Shown here: positions 53,787 to 64,000 of the stretch, in pieces | Layout of the letters: every line of letters starts with the position of its first letter | How positions within the stretch are numbered: the first letter of the stretch is position 1 | Assembly: GCF_006345805.1 (NCBI RefSeq) | Contig: NC_042997.1 | Location: 149,234,001-149,298,000, forward strand | Length of the DNA: 64,000 nucleotides | Direction of reading: 5' to 3' | Source: Octopus sinensis | Lineage: Eukaryota | The notes under the pieces: generated by a model | What the model saw: only the letters and a program-made list of their open reading frames with translations | Database searches by the model: none | Told to the model about the DNA's origin: nothing | Position numbers and translations under genes: made by a program

Positions 53787-54192
53787 ACACACAACACACA
53801 CATACATAAACACACGAGCGTACGCGCATATGTACATATAACATATACCCATGCACACGCATATATATACACATACATACATACACATACACACATGTAT
53901 ACACACACACTCACATACACATATATATACATACACATATATACACCTATATATATATATATGTATACATTATATATATATATATAGATATATATAGATA
54001 ACACACACATATACATACCACCCACATACACACCCATATATATACATGTGTGCAAACATACATACATTCTCATACAAGCACACATACTTACATTTACATA
54101 TATACACACACTTACACACAATATATACATACACATACATATACACATACATATGCATACACACAAATATACATATATACATACTACATCTA

Positions 54193-54223
<31 letters not shown>

Positions 54224-54335
54224 GCACATACATATATATATACATATATATATATACACACACACACAATATAATATATATATATATATATATACATACA
54301 TAATATATATATATATATGTATGTGTGAGTGTATA

Positions 54336-54366
<31 letters not shown>

Positions 54367-54779
54367 TGTGTGTATGTGTGTGTGTATGTATATGTATATA
54401 TGTTGTATGCGTGTGTATATATGTATACATATGTGCAGAGGTATAAGTGAGAATCTCCTTATTTACCTAAAACTCTATTCCCCCCCCCCTTTATATATAT
54501 ATATATATATATATATATTAATTTTTTATTTTTTTATTTTTTTTATATTTTTTTATTTTTTATTTTTTATTTTTTATTTTTTATTTTTTATTTTTTTTTA
54601 TTTTTTATTCTTTATTTTTTATTTTTTATTTCTTATTTATTCTCCTATCTAATTTAACACTGACTCCTTGACCACTCCCCCAAGTATGATTTTTTGCGCT
54701 ATGCCTACCCCCAAAAGTCCCCCACCAACACCCCTTTAACCTGCCTAAATGTATAATGCCAATGCAATTCTTGTTAACT

Positions 54780-54830
54780 AGCTTCCTGAAGATTTCTCTT
54801 GAATGAAACAGTTCTAGTCCTGTAGAAGCT
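54780..54830 (+). ncRNA. Hammerhead-like motif, mirror copy of 52149-52197
   Basis: AGCTTC CTGAAGA TTTCTCTTGAAT GAAA CAG TTCTAGTC CTG TA, cleavage, GAAGCT. Confidence 0.65.
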
Positions 54831-54903
54831 CCTTCTATATAATAATATATATATATATATATATATATATGCATATATACTACATGTAGAGAGAGAAATG
54901 CAA

Positions 54904-54937
<34 letters not shown>

Positions 54938-55442
54938 CACTACACTACACACAGATATGTACGTGCGCACACAGACGCATGCACATACACAGGTATGCAC
55001 ACACGCATATATATATATATATACATTAACTTATATGTATAGCCGAATGAGTGGGAAAGGAAAGCGAGTACATTTAGAAGGACTGGCATATATTATTTGA
55101 TAACAGATTAATTCATATCTACGCAACTCAAATTTTCATAACTCGACAAACGTACACACTTCGTGAAAGATAGCCAAATGCGTGGAAGAATTCCATGACT
55201 TTATGATGGCTAATTGGTTCTAGTCTGGTATTTGTGAAGTTAATCACATTTGTTGCTGTTAGTTTCGATACGTCAGCGATATCATGTAAAAGAAAAACAA
55301 TATTCGTACGGAATGGTTGTAGAGGATGTTAGCGGAAATTAAGTCATATTGTTATTTTATGCATTATTTAACCAGTTTCAAATAAATAATTAGCTTTTAG
55401 ACTGTTCGCACACACACACACACATACGCACACACACTCACG

Positions 55443-55492
<50 letters not shown>

Positions 55493-55496
<4 letters not shown>

Positions 55497-55757
55497 GCGC
55501 GTAAGATAGTTCAGAATAGATTTATATTTATAAAAAGCAGATATAAAACTACAGATAACTATATTTATCAAAAAATGCTATGAGGAGGAAAATACACCTT
55601 CTTTTCTATAATGATATTCAGTAAAGCCACCTTCAGCTTCAACATCTGCTTCTACATGAGATCTAAATCCTCTATATACTCCAATCAAGTGGGTCTGGTC
55701 AATTTTGGACATTACTCTGTCTATAACAGCTTGGTGTTATGGGAGTGTTCATTGACC

Positions 55758-55801
<44 letters not shown>

Positions 55802-56686
55802 CAACGCTCCACAAGAGATAGTCCAATGGACTGAGATCTGGGAAATTAGGAGGCCAAATGTTAGGGTTTGTGTCATGAAAATTTTCAGCCATCCATTCCT
55901 GTTTTAATAGAGCCATGTGTGATAGTGCAGAGTTTTATTGAAACACGTATGGCCTTCCATAGCATACACTGACCCAGGGCTTAACAATTATTTCCAGGTC
56001 CTCAATGTAGGCGGCAGACTTAACTCTAAGGCCTTACTGACAACCCCTACCACCATGACAATTGCAGGAAATATTGTATGCATAACTCTCGGAACTTCAG
56101 AGGGGTTAGCACATCACGGCCATTTCTTCTGTTACCTGGGTCGAAGTTTTCCTCGTTTGAGAATAACCAAATCAAATCCTCTGCTTGATTCTTCAGTTTC
56201 TTTAAGAGCCTTTTAGATTTGGTGTAGTGATTTTCTTTTGCTTTTACTGACAAATAGAACTTTTCTCATCATATAAGACTTACATCTGATACCTTCGTGG
56301 ACAACATTTCTGTTTTGCAATTGGCTTCATGGACTTTCTGGGATTGTAATCAATGCTCCGCCGAGCCAGTTGGATAAATTCAGGTGTTCTGATGATTTCA
56401 GAGCGTTTATAATGCTTTTTATGCTTTGATATTGGTGATACGTTTCCGTATTCAGTCTCTAGCTCCTTGCAAACTTTGTAGATGAAAGATCTGGTAGCTT
56501 TTAAAAATCGAGATATTTCTAAATCGCTATGTTCAGCCTTTATAACCACAACAACAGCATGCCTCTTCATTTTTTGAGTAAGCTGAGGGTATGCCATAAT
56601 CATTTTCTGAAACAAAGATGCAGAGTTAGCGAAAAATACAGCAATGACCCAAAACATGTATGTCGTCAAATACTTTACGCACCCTG
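55493..56686 (-). mobile_element. Full-span decayed Tc1/mariner, maT (DD37D)-like
   Basis: TIRs CAGGGCGCGTAAG (55493) and the reverse complement CAGGGTGCGTAAAG (ending 56686, then TA). HTH-like ORF 56280-56669. Frameshifted FPAIVMVVGVV..GRPYVFQ...WPPNFPDLSPLDY. A (CT)n tract at about 55757-55798 interrupts the ORF. Confidence 0.85.
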
Positions 56687-56724
56687 TATATATGTGTGTG
56701 CTCGTGCGCGTGCGTATTCTTAAT

Positions 56725-56930
56725 TTAGATCTCAGGGAGATTCAACGTAACATAGAATGAGACCGAGTTGGCCCTTTCAAATGCAGGTAATACTCGTGTT
56801 TGCCTGCTAAGTTGACTAGGCCAATGTGAAATAAAGCGTCTTGCTGAAGGATACAAGGTGCCGCCGGTAAACGAACTCTCGACCTTACGATCGTGAGACA
56901 AATACTCATAGCCACTGAACCACGCGCCTT
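56725..56930 (-). mobile_element. tRNA-derived SINE (Val-like head, B-related)
   Basis: Minus strand GGCGCGTGGTTCAGTGGCTATGAG...CTCACGATCGTAAGGTCGAGAGTTCG...CTTCAGCAAGACGCTTTATTTCAC. Confidence 0.7.
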
Positions 56931-56939
56931 CGTGTGTGT

Positions 56940-57270
56940 AGGCATATGACTTAGTGGTTAGAGTATCGGGCTCACAATCATGAGGTAGTGATTTCGATTT
57001 CCAGACCCCAGTGTGTGTTGTGTTCTTGAGCAAGACACTTTATTGCTCGTTGCTCCAGCTCACTCAATTGTAGAAACGTGTTGCGACGTGACTGGTCCGA
57101 AACTACATCAGCCTTTGCCTCTCTGTTGGATGACATCAGTGGCTTTGAGAGGGGAGCCTGCTTTGCATGGGCGACTGCTGGTCTTCCATAAACAACCTTG
57201 CTCGGACTTGTGCCTGGGAGGGTAACTTGGTAGGTGCAATCCCATGGTCAGTCATGACCGAATGGGGGTC
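56940..57270 (+). mobile_element. SINE family B
   Basis: Colinear with 28321-28650 (CTTGAGCAAGACACTTT...CATGGGCGACTGCTGG...GTGCAATCCCATGGTCA.TCATGACCGAA). Confidence 0.85.
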
Positions 57271-57319
57271 ACTGATATATATATATATATATGTATTTGT
57301 ATGTGTGTATGTATGTATG

Positions 57320-57353
<34 letters not shown>

Positions 57354-57402
57354 TATATTTGTATGTATGTATGTATGTATATATATATATAATATATATA
57401 TA

Positions 57403-57449
<47 letters not shown>

Positions 57450-57959
57450 ATATATGAGATATATATGTGTGAAGAGAGGAGAGAGAGAGAGAGAGAGAAA
57501 GACACACATATACAAACAAAAATTTCAATTTTGTTCTTTTGTCCATTGAATATATATCGTATGTTACTCTATATTCTGTACCATTATAATTACTTTTGAA
57601 AAAAACCTCGAATATTTATTTTCTCAGTTATGGAAATTTACTTCGAGCGTATTGAGATGTTATACTCTTCATTTTATAGAGCTTAAAGCCTCTAAAATAT
57701 TTGAGATAAGAGGCAAACGTACAATCTCATTTTAAACAAATAAGTTTACTTGTTGAGGCATTCATAACATTATTCAGTAGATAATGTGTGACACACTCTC
57801 AAATCTTGTCTTGTATGGAGAGTTTTAATTCTGAATTCAAAATGGCAATAGATATTAAAATGTAAATAAAATTTGAAAACAGAAATCTTTTCTGTATGGT
57901 TTGCCTTCTTATTCTCTATCACCTCTATCTCCTCTCCTTGTGTATGTTTGCGTGTTTGT

Positions 57960-58006
<47 letters not shown>

Positions 58007-58329
58007 AATATATATATATATATATCGTTCACTAATCCGTTAAAATATGATCTACGAAATATGTACTCCATCCGGTGAGAGATAAGTATTGTTAAATGTA
58101 CGCAGTTTATAGCTATGAACTACTAAAATTTTCATACATTGGAGATGTATTCTTGGTAGGCTCATAATTATATATCGTGTACTTTAAACTACATATATAT
58201 GTGTCCGTGTTGCTTTTTGAGTACATATGTGTATGTGTGTGTGTGTATGCTCATATATATGTATAGTAAAATTACTTTGTGAATTGTATAGGCAGTAGTT
58301 TGAAGTGCTTAGATAAATGCCCGAGACAC

Positions 58330-59600
58330 AAGATATAAAAAAATATTAGGCAGGTAATAATTGATCCAGATGAAGTTACAAGGTGGCAGAAGTATAGAGA
58401 CTAAATGTAATATAGAGTACCTAAATGTTCTCTCTAATCATCCTAGATCAGCCCTCAACGGTATGGTAAAAGCTATCTCGGTAAGAATTCCAAATTTATC
58501 AGCGAATGAGGAGATATTCAATACTCACGCTCTGTATTATAACCAAGCTCTAAAACTAAGTGAATTTTAAAAGAGAAATATTTTACACCCATGATACAAT
58601 TCTTAAGACCAAAATTGTAAATATCTTGAACGGAACTGGCTCACAATGTGTCAATTAAAGAAATGAAAAAGCAGTGTATGGATGCGGCCCATATTAATAA
58701 AATGGTATTTAGGAATTCACATAAATTAAACCCTATATCTTCAATCAAGCTAATCAGACCAAACATTCAAATTCTAGGAAACGTGAAATTATATGGTTTG
58801 CTCCGCCATTCCCTCTTCAGGACAAATCTTTACCAGAATTATATTTTTAAATATTGAAGGAAAATGTCCTTAAAAATCATAAATATTGTTCTATTTTAAA
58901 TAAATCCTCTGTGAAATTGTCGTACTCTACTACTCCGAATTTAGGTTCCATTATAGCTTCCATTATTAGATCTAAAGTCAGACTTAGGAAATTTACCCAC
59001 AGAAATCTTTATAATGAACTTTATAACTCCAAAACTGATACTAGCTCTAATGTAAATATTACGCCAGGTCATCCCCTGACAGTCGACGGTAATTTAACCT
59101 CTAGTGATCGGAAAATTAATGCGGATGCGGGAAGAAAAAATATGTAATTGCCGAATTAAGGAGTCATCTCCGCTAGCTGTATCCTGTTTATGTAGTAATG
59201 TAATGTGTAGGTTTTCTGTGCAGATCCTTACCACACAGAGGGTAAGAGTTTATATAGAAAGCATTATAGACGTTAAACGTCGTCATAGGGCATATTTGAA
59301 TTATTTTACTAACGTAAAATACAAATTTTCTACAACGCTAGCGACTTATGTACAAGAATTTAAGCTAAGAAATATACCATACTCATTATCTTGGTCTGTA
59401 ATAGCAGGAACCCCTCTATACAATACAATTATGCTTGTATGTATATTGTGTTTATTAGAGAGTCCATGAATATTCTTCGTCGATATGACTACATCATTAA
59501 ATAAGATCTGGGATGCTATGTATTTCTGTACCCATAGACAACGTTCAGCATTTAATTATTTCGATAAACCTCGATAAATTAACCATTATATTTCTAATAA
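58330..59600 (+). pseudogene. 5'-truncated Penelope-like element of a different clade (RT thumb, Cys linker, GIY-YIG; Naiad/Neptune-like)
   Basis: YLNVLSNHPRS..ISVRIPNLSANEEIFNTHALYYNQALK, KLSYSTTPNLGSII, CNCRIKE.SPLAVSCL, FSTTLATYV..SWSVI..CILCLLE. Confidence 0.8.
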
Positions 59601-59805
59601 TCTATCACTTAATCTCTATATTCCTGTTACTCTGTAACTTCACCTTGATCAAATATTACCTGCTTAACATTTAAAACATTTTTCTAAATTGTATTTCCCA
59701 AAATTCCTGCTACAACATTTCCTCTTCCTGTTAATAAGTGCACCACCCTATATAACTAAATCTCATTTACCCATTACAATAAAATGTGAATCCTGAATAA
59801 TATGC

Positions 59806-59897
59806 CCCCTCTGATGAAGGTGGCAGTATCCAAATTTTGGAGTGAAAATACCCTTAGAATTTTTGGATTACTGTGCTCCTGAAACGGTTGTAAGAGG
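59806..59897 (+). ncRNA. Type I hammerhead motif with minimal stem III, in the PLE 3' region
   Basis: CCCCT CTGATGA, long stem II (AGG..CAGTATCCAAA / TTTGGATTACTG..CCT), GAAA C-GGTT-G TA, cleavage, AGAGG. Stem I has 4 of 5 pairs. Confidence 0.65.
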
Positions 59898-60389
59898 ACT
59901 ACAACCAACAATTTATCGAAACAGGATTACCTATATTCTTGGATCAGTTACCTATATTTTCTGAAGAATCTAATCTCCACGCTATGATATTTTATTCGCT
60001 CTTTTCGAAATGCTTTATTTTATACACCTTCTCGTAAGAGCATCTTTATTTTTAAATATTTTTTACAACCCCATTCTACAACGCCATTTACTACGATTGT
60101 AATTCTAATTGTATTTCTGAATGTCAATCTATATATAGTTTTATACATCCACACTTTTATAACTCAATCTCATTCCTCTATTTATATATGTATATTTATT
60201 TTTTATATATTTATATATTCTTAGATTTTTAATATGTTTTAATAGTTTAATGAATGATAGAGCTGTATATGTAAAAACTAATATACATCGATCCATGGCG
60301 AAATATATGTTTATATAAATTGATGAACTATTTCAATTCTCCTTAACATTTTTAATATGTACATAAATATATACATACACACACTAGCA

Positions 60390-61241
60390 CACTCTGGGTG
60401 AGATTTGTAAATTGTCGGAATTTTATTTCGGCCGGGCGCCTTGTGTGTGATTTGTTTTGGTCGACTACACAATACAGTAGGGTCTGTTGAGCACCGTCTG
60501 TAAGAATGACAGCACAGTGATGCAGTTCACTCTGCCAGAATTTTGGAAACAACATGCAGCACTGCTTCGCATTCACACCGGGAGATCCAATACGAACATT
60601 TCGGCATCAATCTGAGAAGAAGGCAACCTGAGGACATGTGCCGAGAGTGGTGAAAATCAAATTATCAGTCACCTTCATGGTTTTTGGAGTGATCAATCTT
60701 GATGGTGACGTTATGCCCCCCATTCATCATCCCACATGGCCTCAGACTCAACAAGGAGGCCTACATCAAGTGCCTGGAGGATGGAGTGCTGAAAGACCCT
60801 ATATCTGGCAATAGGACTCTGCACCGTGCCACACAAGCAGGAGAACGCATTCATGGTTGTCAGATAATTTCTGTGAACACACGAACCCTAACTTTTGGCC
60901 ACCTAACTCCCCAGACTGAAAACCATTTGATTACTATGTATGGGGCGCAGTTGGGCGAGAGACCAACAAAACTCCTTGTAACATCAAAGAGGAACTGAAG
61001 GCAAGAATTATGGCAGCATTCGCCAACCTAAACAAGGAAGGCCTTCAGAAGAGTTGCGGGAGATTCTGACGTCGTCTGGAGGCTGCGGTTGAAACCAATT
61101 GTAACTTTATTGAATTAATTTACTCTGTAGAATTTCAAGATATTTTTATGTAATTTTGGTAAATATATCTGTTAAAATGAGATGTCAGTGTCATTTACAT
61201 TTATGCGTAATTTAGACGACAGTTTATTAACTGCACCCTTG
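60390..61241 (+). mobile_element. Decayed maT (DD37D) transposon, internally deleted
   Basis: RPYIWQ*DSAPCH...WPPNSPD*KPFDYYVWG: exactly 37 residues between the second and third catalytic D by my count. The end ACTGCACCCTTG|TA is at about 61241. Confidence 0.85.
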
Positions 61242-61309
61242 TATATTATATTTGTAAATATATATAAATATATATACATATGTGTGTGTGCGTGCGTGTG
61301 TGTGTGTGT

Positions 61310-61349
<40 letters not shown>

Positions 61350-61519
61350 TGAGCTGTCAGAAACTTTAGCACGCTGGGTGAAACTTTTCAACGATTGCAA
61401 TAATTTTAAATGCACACCCAAGAATGAACATCTATCATTTTCCAAATGAACTTAAAGATATCGAATGGATTTTATTTTTAGTTGTTATTATTATTATAAT
61501 TATCATCATCATCATATAT

Positions 61520-61700
61520 AAGGCCCCGAATTGGCACAACTGTTAACACTCTGGATGAAATATTTATCAGTATTTCGCCCGTCACTGCTTTCTGGCTTTA
61601 AATTCCGCCGAGGTCGGCTTTACTTTCCATCCTTTCGGTATCGATAAGAGAAGTGACAGTTGAACACTGGGGTTGATGAGATCGACTCCTACCCCACCTC
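61520..61700 (+). mobile_element. SINE family A, decayed
   Basis: AAATTCCGCCGAGGTCGGCTTTACTTTCCATCCTTTCGGTATCGATAAG...CACTGGGGTTGATG. Confidence 0.7.
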
Positions 61701-62951
61701 TTCTTCCTCCCCTCCCCAATTTGTTTCCCTCATGGTAAAATCTGAAATTATTATTATCATTTATATTTTCATAGTATTTCAAAAACTGTCTTTATAATGA
61801 TATTAATATTTTCATTTATTTATGAATAGCTATTTACACTCTCACAATTCAATACCTACCATTACTTGATTTACTCTGAACATGTATGATTTCTTTTTAA
61901 CTTAATTTTTCTTTTTTGGCTGAAGATTTTCTTCGATTTTATACAACACGATATTTATGTAATTTTATTTTAATTTTCAATTTGTATATTTACTCACTCA
62001 ACTTCTCTTACTTCTGGAAGACCATTACTAGAAACAATCCTAGTATGCATATTCATACAACCTATGACAGGTTCAACATATAATCATATATAACATGAAG
62101 CCAACGGAAAATTTAGTGTTGACAAAGTTATGTTCCACTCGCAATAACTTTATCCCAGTGCAAAGGAAACCGAAATTTAGTCATAAATCTCAGAATGGGC
62201 TAAGAAGAAAATTTATCAGATGTTGTATGTTCTAGAAGTGACTTTGTAAGTTACCATAAATTGATTGCTAAGTGAATGCCTCCCTATATATTCACAAAAT
62301 GTGCAATAATTTATTCATGTTAGTTAAATATTGTAATTCTATGATGTTATGTACAAGAAAAAAAAATGTAATAGCCTTTCTTTCACAGTTACCGAACTTC
62401 AATTTTATTAATAGTATGAGGACAAATTTGAACAGTTAATACATGGGGAATTAGTTTCAATCAGCCTCTGTATTCACATACTTACAAGTGGAAATGAAGA
62501 GAACTATTAAATATAGTATCATAGAGAAAGGAATGTATAGTATACAGAAACTCAATTTGGCCATGTAAATGGTTAATAAAACTTCTCATAACATTTGGGC
62601 AAAGGAAATGTTCATAAAAATAGAAAAAAATATCGTTTAACAAAAACACTCGCGTATTATATTTCAATTTGAAATTTCATAAGCGTTTCCTGAGAAAATA
62701 AACATGTATTTATATATTTCGTAATATAATACCAAACAAACAATATGCTGTCTATTCTTTTTATGTACCGTACTAAATGACCGTATACAAATTAGTACTC
62801 GTTCACCTCTTACTTTATGTTTTGTGTTTGCTACGCGTTCAATGTCAAGTTTCGTATCATATGTTAATAAATATTGGATTTACAATAACAGCCTTTTTCG
62901 ACCATTTTTCATATTAGTAATACACTAAGCTTTTTATCTCTGTCTCCCCTC

Positions 62952-62986
<35 letters not shown>

Positions 62987-63109
62987 CGTATGTGTGAGTG
63001 TGTGTGTGTCTGTCTATGTTTGAGTAGTTATATGTATATATATATGATATATGTATGTATATATATATATATATATTATATATATATATAATATATATAT
63101 ATATATTAC

Positions 63110-63450
63110 TTGCTTCAGTCATTTGGGAGTAGCTGTGCTGGAGCACCACCTTGAAAGGTTTTAGTCTAACAGATCAAACATAGGCCGTACATTTCAAGTC
63201 TACTACTTATTCTATCGGTCTCTTTGCAGTGACGTTAAGTTAGGGGTATAGAGACACACCAGCGTCAGTTGTTACGCAGTGGTGAGGAACAAGCACAGTG
63301 ATAAATACACTTACACATAGAAATATACATATATATAAATACGACGAGCTTCTTCCCGTTTTCGCCTACCAAATCCACTGAAAAGGCTTTGGTCGGCCCG
63401 AGTCTATAGAAAAAGGCACTTGACCAAGTTACCACGCATGGGCACAGAAC
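63110..63450 (-). mobile_element. SINE family C
   Basis: TTCAGTCATTTG...CTGGAGCACCACC...CTACCAAATCCACT...GCTTTGGTCGGCCCGAG. Confidence 0.75.
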
Positions 63451-64000
63451 CAATGCGTGGCATCTTGTTCTAGTGCCTTCATTTATAGACTCGGGACGAC
63501 GACCAAAACCTTATCAATGCTATGTATATGAGAAGATGTGTAAGAATATTTAATTCTCATTGTCGACTCTCTTTGGATTAATGTCATGTATATATTAGCA
63601 CACATTTTACGGCATATATCCATGTAAGTCTATGTATCATATTGCAGAGTACATACTTTCAGGATTCTAAAATATATTCGTGAATTAACTCGTAATACAT
63701 GTAGCATTCGCAACATTCTCAATTAGACGTGTATTTAAGTCGAAATATATCACGGATGGACTCTGTGTTATTCTTTCCGCTGTCAGTCGATACTGCAATT
63801 ACGATGTAAGCAATATGCAGTCTAATAATAAAAATAGTTAACTATCGTTCGGACAATTTTGTCTAAAAAGGTTGTTTGTCTAGATAACCCACAGCTAATT
63901 CCTACTATATCGTAGAACATCATAATTTATGTGGTGTACCAATGGTACACTGTAAATATTAATTTAATATTAGCCTGAATGAATAGTATTACTATTTTTT

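Larger units (their letters stand above)
52140..54838. repeat. Large inverted repeat: arms about 52140-52660 and 54310-54838 around a microsatellite-rich spacer
   Basis: Unique blocks such as GGGGAATAGAGTTTTAGGTAAATAAGGAGATTCTCACTTATACCTCTGCAC and CATAGCGCAAAAAATCATACTTGGGGGAGTGGTCAAGGAGTCAGTG reappear reverse-complemented, including the A-rich tract between them. Confidence 0.9.

Noticed and set aside
58330-59600. Possible selenocysteine recoding as reported for Naiad-clade PLEs
   Set aside because: The ORF breaks I checked are TAA or frameshifts in a decayed copy; no conserved in-frame TGA or SECIS could be supported.

Overview
AT-rich, microsatellite-saturated eukaryotic DNA; the SINE families and the (TA)n/(CA)n/(TATC)n density look like an octopus (coleoid cephalopod) genome, which is my inference. 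No complete host gene is visible: only two weak candidate internal exons on + (28047-28150, 35371-35436). Most ORFs in the track are microsatellite artefacts. The window is a transposon graveyard: an R4/Dong-like RLE LINE (two fragments), CR1-like LINE pieces, three Penelope-like element (PLE) fragments, three Tc1/mariner relics (one with a countable DD37D spacing), a pogo/Tigger-like MITE and many tRNA-derived SINEs. The main discovery is RNA-level. At least four unrelated sequence families carry type I hammerhead ribozyme (HHR) motifs. The most striking is a ~492-bp x ~5.5 tandem array (15240-17970) with one minus-strand HHR per unit, the architecture of a non-LTR retrozyme or tandem PLE pseudo-LTR that would self-process into ~490-nt, potentially circular, RNAs. 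All coordinates were counted by hand; boundaries of decayed elements are approximate.
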